Shown piece by piece: positions 7,788 through 15,371 of a stretch of 32,000 nucleotides of DNA. A program made the translations under genes and the position numbers. The notes beneath the pieces are model-generated. The model saw nothing but the letters and a program-made list of their open reading frames with translations. It searched no databases and was not told the DNA's origin. Origin of the DNA: Nitrosopumilaceae archaeon (GTDB taxonomy: Archaea > Thermoproteota > Nitrososphaeria > Nitrososphaerales > Nitrosopumilaceae); assembly GCA_035527875.1 (NCBI GenBank), contig DATKZR010000006.1:48746-80745 (forward strand). The letters run 5' to 3'. The first letter of the stretch is position 1, and the number at the start of each line of letters is the position of its first letter.

Positions 7788-7791
7788 TGTT

Positions 7792-8235
7792 TTAGATAAA
7801 CCGAAAATCTTCTTTTACAGTGTTAAGTACCAAGTGCGTAATGGTATTTTCTACATTTGGAATACTTGTTACTTTTTTTACAAATTTACTGAGGGATTTT
7901 CTATCTTTAAATTTCCCAATCACCAAAGTATCTGAATCCCCTGTAATGTCATATACTGCACAAACATTTTCGATTTTTGCTATTTCCTCTTCTATATCTA
8001 ACATTTTTCCTTTTGTCGTTTTTACTTCTATTATTGCAGTTATATCGTATCCTAGGGCCTCATGGTTTAATCTTACTGCATATCCTTCAATTATTTTTTT
8101 TTCTTCTAACTTTTTGATTCTTGAAATCATGGTAACTGTAGAAACATTTAGTTTGTGAGCTAGCTGTCTACCCGATTGTCTTGCATCAACTAACAAGTGC
8201 TTTAGGATTTTTTCATCTTTTTCATCAAAATTCAT
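7792..8235 (-). CDS. Lrp/AsnC-family transcriptional regulator
   Basis: The N-terminal HTH is DEKILKHLLVDARQSGRQLAHKLNVSTVTMISRIKKLEEKKIIEGY, followed by a RAM/ACT-like C-terminal domain. I prefer the ATG at 8235 over the GTG at 8244. Confidence 0.85.
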   Translation of the reverse strand: MNFDEKDEKILKHLLVDARQSGRQLAHKLNVSTVTMISRIKKLEEKKIIEGYAVRLNHEALGYDITAIIEVKTTKGKMLDIEEEIAKIENVCAVYDITGDSDTLVIGKFKDRKSLSKFVKKVTSIPNVENTITHLVLNTVKEDFRFI

Positions 8236-8891
8236 ATATTTCACAGGCTCAAATAATTATTTAAGATTTGATACATTATCTATACAATTGTAACCTTTTC
8301 TGGTATAATATCTTAAATTTATCAAAACATAGTTAAAAAAAATAGGGTTGAGTTATTAAAAGAATCCAGAGAATTGTATTTTGCTAATTTTATGGGATTA
8401 ACATTTGTTAAATTTTTGGGATTATTTTTAACAAGTTTTAACAACTGATTTGTGATAACTTAAATTATAATTTTTTATTCAATTTGTGACGAGGAGCTAG
8501 TACCAATATCAGATAGGCAGACAAGACAAAGGAAAACTTGGAAAAGGTTTAGACTTTCAGTATCCATAAATTTTCCTTTTCTATCCTCGTTATCAAATTT
8601 AATTTTATAAGTATCAAGTGAAATAAAAATTGTAATAATTTTGGATGACAATGAAGTAAATCCTTAAGTAATTTTATGCCGTACAATAATTACAGAAAAA
8701 AGTCAAAGAGTTGTCACCATTATAACGATTGTGTTATTGGTCTTAAACTCAAAAGGTTTCAGAGATTCATGGAGAGAGCTTCGGTAAATTATGAAACTTT
8801 ACTTTTTTCTATATTTTGAATTAAAGTCATAAGTATTATTTTTATTTTATATATTTAAAAAATTAAGAGAAATCGTTTGTTGGGAATCAAA

Positions 8892-9116
8892 TTATTTTAA
8901 CTGTTTTTTTATTACCTCAATATTTTTCTTCCAAATTCTAATAAGCTCTTTTTGCTTTTCAATTTTCCTTTTAATTTCAAAAGATAAATCATCATCCATA
9001 ATTTTTAATTGCTCTTCCAATTGTTTTTTAATTTCTGTGTGAGACTCTAGCTTATGATTTGCATCTAGTAATTTCTTTTCCTGATATTTTTTGACTTTAT
9101 CTTTTAAAAAATTCAA
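8892..9116 (-). CDS. Lys/Glu-rich coiled-coil hypothetical protein
   Basis: The ORF has only a TTG start and low-complexity K/E/L composition, so coding status is uncertain. Confidence 0.35.
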   Translation of the reverse strand: MNFLKDKVKKYQEKKLLDANHKLESHTEIKKQLEEQLKIMDDDLSFEIKRKIEKQKELIRIWKKNIEVIKKQLK

Positions 9117-9306
9117 GATATTGAAATTACAAAATAGTAATTTAAAAATATTTTAATTTTTAAAACTTAAACAAGAATATTTAGGCTAATCTAAATTATA
9201 GTCAATTATGAAACTTTCAAATTTTCTTCAAATGATTCATTCTGTATCGTTTTTTGTTCAAATTGAACATACAGAGGATTATGCTCGTAATTAGCCAAGT
9301 AGAATA

Positions 9307-9675
9307 ATGAATATTTTGCATGTTGATGATTCTCCCGAAATTTGTCAGCTTTATGCAGATATACTATCGTTGGGAAATAATTGCTTAACGAGCGTAAATG
9401 AGGGCAGACAAGGCCTAGAGCTTGCCTTGAAAAATGACTATGATTTGATTCTTCTTGATATTTGTATGCCAAAATATAGTGGAATGGAGTTCATTTACGA
9501 TATAAAGGCCCAAAGGCCTTCAGAGTTAAAAAAAATAATAATTGTAAGCATTTTGGAATTAACAGAAAGCCACAAAGCAGAGCTTTTGAAACTTGGAATT
9601 CATTCAATTGAAGAAAAACCATCAACTATTCAAAGATTAGAAACAATAAAGAAAAATTTATTCTTAACAAAATAA
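9307..9675 (+). CDS. Stand-alone response-regulator receiver (CheY-like) protein
   Basis: MNILHVDDSPEI... provides the acidic pocket, DLILLDICMP the phospho-acceptor Asp, and IIIVS...K the conserved S/T and K positions. There is no output domain. Confidence 0.85.
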   Translation: MNILHVDDSPEICQLYADILSLGNNCLTSVNEGRQGLELALKNDYDLILLDICMPKYSGMEFIYDIKAQRPSELKKIIIVSILELTESHKAELLKLGIHSIEEKPSTIQRLETIKKNLFLTK

Positions 9676-9702
9676 AAATTAATTCAAAAAATCCATTAAT
9701 CT

Positions 9703-9729
9703 AAAAAACCTGATAAAAAAAGAAAAAAA
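9703..9729 (-). terminator. Oligo-T tract cluster downstream of the 411-aa secreted-protein gene
   Basis: The minus strand reads CTTTTTTTCTTTTTTTATCAGGTTTTTT directly after the stop at 9738. Archaeal terminators are T-runs. Confidence 0.4.
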
Positions 9730-9737
9730 GTAATCCC

Positions 9738-10973
9738 CTATTGGAAGGGATCTATGAATGGACAATTGACGATGTGATCTGAATTCATTGGTCTTGCAAG
9801 TCCTACTGAAATTAATCCTGCCTTTTGATAAGCATCAATGTCAGATCTGTTCTCAAGGATTGAGGCATTGTCTGCATCTTCCCAGTTAATCACGGATATT
9901 CTCCACATTGGAGAATAGTTTGCATCACCTGGAGCGCCTGCTGCAATTCCTGGTTGGAATCCCATAGGACCAGATCCTATAATTCCATTACCAAATTGAA
10001 ACAAATCAACTGCTGCAGAGTTTGCAATCAAACTAGCTGATGTTGGTGCATTAACCACTCCCATCATTTCAGCTGGAGCACTTGGGGTAGCATCAGTTAC
10101 AATATAGTAAATGGTTCTACCATCTGGACCCCAACCTCTATGAGCAATGAAAGTTACAGTCATTTCTTCTGTATCAATGTCAAGTACTTGTCCTCCACCA
10201 TATGGAGTATCATCTGCCAAAGTCTTGTCTTCTTTTACCATCATCTGACCATCTGGCCAAATAATTTGTGGCATGTTCAGAACTACTGTAGGGTAAACGA
10301 GTGAAACTTCGCCTGCCTCTTCGGCTGCCATAATCATTTCTTCAGAATCAAGTATTCTGTGGTCTACACTTTCACTCCATGTAACATGGACATGTGAAGT
10401 CAGTGCGCTGTAGATATCTGGCTGAGATGGTGTACTGGTAAAGACTTCACCTTGAAAGCCATGAACGCCATCACCTAACACTCCATTTGTAAACATGAAT
10501 GTTTTTGAGAGTGCAGCCTCTGGTGCATTTGCCAATAGTGGTGCATATTCTACTTGCCATCCCTGGTTTGCTGTAATGATTTCTGAATGTGCAGGATCGC
10601 TAGAGTCAGTTATGATATAATGAACTGAACCGCCATTGTAGAATCCTTGATGCATTGGAATGGTTGCTGGAACGTTTGCTCTTGATAATGTTAACAAAGA
10701 ACCAGGATCTGCCATTTCTACACCTTCCTCTACAGTAACGTTGTCATTAGATTGAGCTATAGTACCCCAACCTCTAGCAACTACTTTATTTACAGAAGAT
10801 TCATGCAGACACGCATGATTTCCCGTAAGAGTTTTTTTTACAAGAACATCACCATCATTACATGTGACCATGTCGATTGCAAAAGATTCTGAGATAATAT
10901 TTGGAGAAACAAATACCATCAACAAAGGAACCATTGCAATGATAGTCAATTTTGTTGTAAAATTAGATGTCAT
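9738..10973 (-). CDS. Secreted protein of unknown function with an internally duplicated domain
   Basis: The signal/anchor sequence is KLTIIAMVPLLMVFVSPNIISESFA, followed by a Cys-x16-Cys module. Two homologous halves follow (HYIITDSSDPAH / YYIVTDATPSAP; FTNGVLGDGVHGFQ / FGNGIIGSGPMGFQ; YSALTSHVHVTW / YSPMWRISVINW). Confidence 0.75.
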   Translation of the reverse strand: MTSNFTTKLTIIAMVPLLMVFVSPNIISESFAIDMVTCNDGDVLVKKTLTGNHACLHESSVNKVVARGWGTIAQSNDNVTVEEGVEMADPGSLLTLSRANVPATIPMHQGFYNGGSVHYIITDSSDPAHSEIITANQGWQVEYAPLLANAPEAALSKTFMFTNGVLGDGVHGFQGEVFTSTPSQPDIYSALTSHVHVTWSESVDHRILDSEEMIMAAEEAGEVSLVYPTVVLNMPQIIWPDGQMMVKEDKTLADDTPYGGGQVLDIDTEEMTVTFIAHRGWGPDGRTIYYIVTDATPSAPAEMMGVVNAPTSASLIANSAAVDLFQFGNGIIGSGPMGFQPGIAAGAPGDANYSPMWRISVINWEDADNASILENRSDIDAYQKAGLISVGLARPMNSDHIVNCPFIDPFQ

Positions 10974-11039
10974 TGATTCACGACAAGATAAACACTATAA
11001 AATATTTTCACCAAATTTACGCTCAGGCAAAATTCATAA

Positions 11040-11399
11040 TTATCCTATGATTTCTAGGATTTTTCTGGCAGTAATATCAATATCCACATTAGGATCTGCA
11101 GAAACAAAAAGGACCTTATCATCAACAAAGAAGGTCAATGTAACAACATTGGTTCTTCTTGCTGCAGCATATTCAACAGGTCCTAAATTTTCATCAAAAT
11201 CTTGTCTGGTTCGAATTCGTAAAACTGCCTCTATGAACATTTTTTTCCGTTCATCTTCATTTTTGAGAGGCTTTACATCCTCTCGAAACTTTCCAACAAG
11301 CAGATTACCCATAAAGTCTAAAAACCCAGCAAATCTAATTTCAGGCTCTTTTATTAAAAGATCACATTTTTGCTGAAAAGATTGAATTTCTGTAGACAT
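11040..11399 (-). CDS. Uncharacterised ~120-aa protein, paralogue 3 of 3
   Basis: The blocks PEIRFAGFLDF, FREDV, VEYAAARRTN and VLFVSADPN align with paralogues 1 and 2. The 170-aa antisense ORF 10864..11376 is judged a shadow. Confidence 0.7.
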   Translation of the reverse strand: MSTEIQSFQQKCDLLIKEPEIRFAGFLDFMGNLLVGKFREDVKPLKNEDERKKMFIEAVLRIRTRQDFDENLGPVEYAAARRTNVVTLTFFVDDKVLFVSADPNVDIDITARKILEIIG

Positions 11400-11485
11400 A
11401 TTTTACAATACAAAATTTTTAGATAAATATAATCTATTGATTTTCATCATTGAGATTATTAAAATTACACAGTATATGAAATAGC

Positions 11486-11704
11486 CTATACTGTTTTTTC
11501 ATTCTTTATTAGACGCGATAATTTCTTCTGTGCATACATCATTCCGATCATTCCAAAAATTATTCCTGGAATAATTGTCATTAACCAAATATTTGCAATT
11601 GTATCCGAAGAGGAATGTATTACATCATATGAAAAAATATCATTAAAAACATAAAAATCAAGAAAAGTCATTGCTAACATAGGAAAGCACAACATGAAAA
11701 ACAT
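11486..11704 (-). CDS. Small membrane protein (two TM helices)
   Basis: It has an ATG start and hydrophobic segments. It lies 30 nt downstream of, and co-directional with, the 281-aa membrane protein. Confidence 0.5.
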   Translation of the reverse strand: MFFMLCFPMLAMTFLDFYVFNDIFSYDVIHSSSDTIANIWLMTIIPGIIFGMIGMMYAQKKLSRLIKNEKTV

Positions 11705-11734
11705 TGAACCTAGAATGGCTCCTGAAATTTTAGC

Positions 11735-12580
11735 TTAATGATTTTGAAGGAATTTAGATTTTGTTTTTTTATTTAATATGTAATCTGCAAGTACTGCACT
11801 TATCATTGGTGCTACAAACCAAGGAAGATAAAACAAAAGCTTTTCTGATGTAAATATGATTGAGGTGATATTCATTGTAAGAAATACAAATGTAGCTGCA
11901 CTTGCTACGCCAAAGCTTGTAATAGTTCGAGATACAAACCAAAAAACCAAAGAGAAAGAAAATGGAAGGAGGGTTACTCCAAGTATTAGTGCCACATATG
12001 GATTTGGATTAAAATTGTGTGTGTCTCCCTCTGAAATAGGCAACACAAAGAAAAAGATTAACCATATTACGCTAAACCAAAAAATACCAAAAGAAATTGG
12101 CAAAATAATTTTTAGAACATTATTTTTTTGATTCATCTCAGAATGAATTCTTGCAAAACCTATTGTAGAACCAGCAGAGACTATCATGATTCCAAGTGCT
12201 AGTGTCAGGTGAGTTGGACTAAGAAGACCATCTATTCCAAATAATTTATGCCAGTAAAAATCTCCAGGCCCAGCTATTATTTGCATTAATGCCCCGATAA
12301 TTATTATCTTGGTGCCAAAAACAAATGAGCGTCCCCTGACTTGTTTTTTAGTCAAAATTAGAACCAAGCCAAGTATTGCACTAATCAGGCTTATTCCTAC
12401 ACCTGTGTACAAAAGCATGTGTGAGGGCGTAAAAAATGTCTCAGGAGTTCTAAGTAAATGAGAGGTAATATCCCAACTTGCACCCCACATTGAGAGGCTA
12501 ATTCCTACCAAACCTATGAAAAAAGAGATAAGAAATAATGTACTAGTATTTAATTTCAAATTGGTCTTGGAAGTTTTCAA
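11735..12580 (-). CDS. Polytopic membrane protein with recurrent conserved-looking His motifs
   Basis: It has roughly 7-8 hydrophobic helices. The motifs are WGASWDITSH, FFTPSH, DFYWH and LSPTH. It has a TTG start. Confidence 0.7.
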   Translation of the reverse strand: MKTSKTNLKLNTSTLFLISFFIGLVGISLSMWGASWDITSHLLRTPETFFTPSHMLLYTGVGISLISAILGLVLILTKKQVRGRSFVFGTKIIIIGALMQIIAGPGDFYWHKLFGIDGLLSPTHLTLALGIMIVSAGSTIGFARIHSEMNQKNNVLKIILPISFGIFWFSVIWLIFFFVLPISEGDTHNFNPNPYVALILGVTLLPFSFSLVFWFVSRTITSFGVASAATFVFLTMNITSIIFTSEKLLFYLPWFVAPMISAVLADYILNKKTKSKFLQNH

Positions 12581-12669
12581 TTATTCAAATGGTGTTTGGG
12601 ATATTCATAAATTCTTCTAATTTCTCAATTAAAAGAATAGACAGATTTCAAGAATTTTATTTTAAAAGA

Positions 12670-12687
12670 TTGGGCAAAATTGCCCAA
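12670..12687. promoter_or_regulatory. Perfect 8-bp inverted repeat TTGGGCAA-AA-TTGCCCAA (operator-like palindrome)
   Basis: The repeat is read directly from the sequence. The 2-nt spacer is too short for an RNA hairpin loop, which favours a dimeric DNA-binding-protein site. Confidence 0.35.
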
Positions 12688-13014
12688 TCCTAGGACGCGA
12701 GGCCGACCAATAGACAAACGAATGACAATTCTACTAGCGGTTAAATCACAAAAAAAATTGTAAATTGTTGTTTAAAAGATACTCGTAGAAATTATCAGTA
12801 TGAATCATTAGTATAGCCTAAATACTATTTTGAAAAAGTAGATACAATTGGAGCTGTCACCAAAAAACTAACTGTTTTTGGTCTTAAGATCCAATTTTTA
12901 CTATATAATTTTTCATTGTTCCCCTTTTCATAATATTTAGAGTCGTCTAATTTTGTAATAATTAATATTAAACCAAACATTACTAGATTTACTAAAATTC
13001 CAAAGTCGTGTAAG

Positions 13015-13176
13015 ATGAGAATAGATTCATGTCGTAATTGTGGTAATACCATTTTGGTTTTAGAATACTGTAAAGTATGCAAACAACCAAAACAACTAAG
13101 ATGTGAAAATTGTTTAAAGTAAGTAGATGACCCCATTCACTCTAAATGTGAAACTATTCCAGTTGGATGCACTTAA
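13015..13176 (+). CDS. Small double zinc-ribbon protein; TAA at 13120..13122 either ends it at 35 aa or interrupts a 53-codon gene
   Basis: The translation is MRIDSCRNCGNTILVLEYCKVCKQPKQLRCENCLK-TAA-VDDPIHSKCETIPVGCT-TAA. The ligand pattern is CxxC-x9-CxxC followed by CxxC-x8-HxxC. The second site is complete only if the TAA is read through. Confidence 0.45.
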
Positions 13177-13205
13177 TTCAAAGATATATCTTTTGAAAAG
13201 AATTT

Positions 13206-14075
13206 CTATTTGCCTGCAATAACCAAATCCACTTTGTAATTTAATGTGGTTCTTGGATTTAGTTTAAGATTCCACGAGATGTTTGATGGACTTTCAGTGG
13301 CCAAAGTTATTTTAAATTTTAAATTTCTCAAATTTTGCCTCAAAGTATTCTCATCTACAGGTTGTTTTACAGAGTTTTTACCTCGATCATGATCATAGGG
13401 ATCAGTGATTATCAAATGTCCCTTTTGAATTTGCGTAGAAATTTGTTTTAAAAAATCCCTGGGCTCAATTAGGTCTAAAAGGTTCAAAGCTACGATCAAA
13501 TCAAATTTGGTCTTTCCAAAAATAGGCGAAAATGAATCAGCTACAAAATAATCCAAATTCTCCTTTGGCTCTTTTGTGGCAATTTTAATTGCACTAAAGG
13601 AGCGATCTACCCCAAAAACAGTTTGACTAGAATCTGCCAGATATGAACTCATTATTCCAATAGAACAACCATATTCTAAGACTAGTTTTGATTTTGGCAG
13701 TGCTTTCAACTCTTTTTTAATTGTGGAATAAAATCTTGATCGCCTGCTGTTTTGATAGATCCCAGTCCATCTTTCTTCGAGGCTTGTTCTATCTTCAATA
13801 TTTTTGATATTTCTAGTCAAGGAATTTTTTAGAAATTTTTTCATTGGATTGGAGACAGAATGTATTAGTTTTCCACCCAAGATTCTTCTGTTTGAGAGAT
13901 AGTTTGCAAAATCATCCCAAAGTATTGGAATTTTCTCAATTATTGGGTAAAGCGAATGACATTTTTTGCACTCTAAAATTCCTTCCTCAATTTCCATTTG
14001 TTTTTTGAATACATCTAGTTCTAATTTAGAACCACATTTTACACATCGGAGATAATCCAAGCTAAATTCTTTCAA
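13206..14075 (-). CDS. Class I SAM-dependent methyltransferase with N-terminal Trm112-like zinc ribbon
   Basis: The N-terminus is LRCVKCGSKLE...LECKKCHSLYPIIEKIPIL, resembling a Trm112p-like fold. Motif I is VLEYGCSIGIM. DLIVALNLLDLIE is also present. Confidence 0.8.
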   Translation of the reverse strand: MKEFSLDYLRCVKCGSKLELDVFKKQMEIEEGILECKKCHSLYPIIEKIPILWDDFANYLSNRRILGGKLIHSVSNPMKKFLKNSLTRNIKNIEDRTSLEERWTGIYQNSRRSRFYSTIKKELKALPKSKLVLEYGCSIGIMSSYLADSSQTVFGVDRSFSAIKIATKEPKENLDYFVADSFSPIFGKTKFDLIVALNLLDLIEPRDFLKQISTQIQKGHLIITDPYDHDRGKNSVKQPVDENTLRQNLRNLKFKITLATESPSNISWNLKLNPRTTLNYKVDLVIAGK

Positions 14076-14171
14076 TAGTTAATCATGTTAACTTTATTTT
14101 TGAATTAATAGTTTTTTTTTAGATAAAAGCCAAGATAATATTAAATGTAGTTTCTATCGAGTAGAAACAAA

Positions 14172-15368
14172 ATGACCGAGTACAACGAATTTGCCGAGGC
14201 ATTAATTGACCAACTCTCAGTGGAAATTAACGAAGAAAAAGAAAATTCAGATTTAGCCTCAAAAATTGATGAAGATTCTTCCTTTGATGTAACTTTTGAT
14301 TCATTAGAAGATCAAAGTAATAAAATATTTCCATGGGTAAAACAAAAAATTAATGATTTTACTGGATTGACTGTTCCAGAAGATACAAAAATTGAATTTC
14401 CGGAATTATTGGAATTAAAAAAATTAAAAGGTAGACGAATTTTTACTACGGATGATGCTAGAGAATTTGTTGATTCTCTAGTTGGTGCAATATCAAAAGA
14501 AGATATTGGTAAAATTTCTAGTTTAATGAAACAAGAAACAGTAAAATATCTAGTGTATTCAACTTATGTAAAAAATTACTTTTCAAAAATTTCGGTAACA
14601 TTTGGAGATTATTTAGATAAAACCATATACCTAAACAAACTGTTTTTCTCTATTTTACCTAAAATAAAATTATACAGGCAAGGTCCCCCCTATGGATCAA
14701 GTTATGAAGCAATCAAATCCAGTTACAATGGAGCAATTAAAATGACAATGTTAGAAGAATCCATTCATGCAATACAACAAAATCTATACAATAGTAACAA
14801 AGAAGCAGTTGTTAATGTCAATGCAATCTATGAAGAATTGGCAAAGATAATTCTAGATTTAGAAGATGATATACTTTCCAAGATTTTTGATTACATGAAT
14901 TTAGAGGCAATACCAGTTGAATTCCCAATAGCAAAAAGGGCTAATTTATTTTTCGTTTTAAATCCTGAAAATTTTATTCTGGGAACTTTACCAGCGGATC
15001 AAATGGCTACAAAAGAAGGGCAAATTGATCCAAAATTATCAGAGATGATTCCTCAATTATCGGATATTTACAGGAGATGGTTAAAGCCAAGACAACAACA
15101 ATATTCTGCAATGACTGTTATTCAAGGAATGGCAAGTTTTACGATTAAAAATATTCTAAAGGACGATCCGGATTTTAAAAATTATTTATCCGTGTTTAAA
15201 GGGACTGATTGGAATACTTTTCATGCTCAGACTAACATTGGAACACAATTTACAGACACCATTTATACGAATTTAGGCAAGAAAGCATTCAAAAAGTTGA
15301 TTGATGAGCCTCCAAATACTCTAGAATTAAAAGATTCACAATTATACCTCAATAGGATATTAGAGTAA
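14172..15368 (+). CDS. Hypothetical protein (398 aa), acidic N-terminus
   Basis: It is a long ATG-started ORF with no motif I can name. Its stop lies 3 nt before the next ORF start. Confidence 0.7.
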   Translation: MTEYNEFAEALIDQLSVEINEEKENSDLASKIDEDSSFDVTFDSLEDQSNKIFPWVKQKINDFTGLTVPEDTKIEFPELLELKKLKGRRIFTTDDAREFVDSLVGAISKEDIGKISSLMKQETVKYLVYSTYVKNYFSKISVTFGDYLDKTIYLNKLFFSILPKIKLYRQGPPYGSSYEAIKSSYNGAIKMTMLEESIHAIQQNLYNSNKEAVVNVNAIYEELAKIILDLEDDILSKIFDYMNLEAIPVEFPIAKRANLFFVLNPENFILGTLPADQMATKEGQIDPKLSEMIPQLSDIYRRWLKPRQQQYSAMTVIQGMASFTIKNILKDDPDFKNYLSVFKGTDWNTFHAQTNIGTQFTDTIYTNLGKKAFKKLIDEPPNTLELKDSQLYLNRILE

Positions 15369-15371
15369 TAA

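Noticed and set aside
8788-9225. A 14-nt direct repeat, aattatgaaacttt, at ~8788 and ~9205, flanking the coiled-coil ORF (a possible target-site duplication of a small insertion).
   Set aside because: Exact A/T-rich 14-mers are expected by chance many times in 32 kb of this composition. There are no terminal inverted repeats or mobility genes.
9206-9472. An 88-aa minus-strand ORF.
   Set aside because: It overlaps the well-supported response-regulator gene in antisense and has no motif support.
10864-11376. A 170-aa + strand ORF, the longest unassigned ORF in the track.
   Set aside because: It lies entirely antisense to paralogue 3 and to the 5' end of the 411-aa gene. It has S/I/K/F-rich low-complexity composition and no motif.
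2793-13176. The in-frame TAAs might mean genome-wide reassignment of TAA to a sense codon.
   Set aside because: TAA ends many genes here at their expected family lengths, for example the multicopper oxidase (1608..1610), the P-II-like protein (3949..3951) and L21e (20784..20786). A global recoding is therefore not supported.
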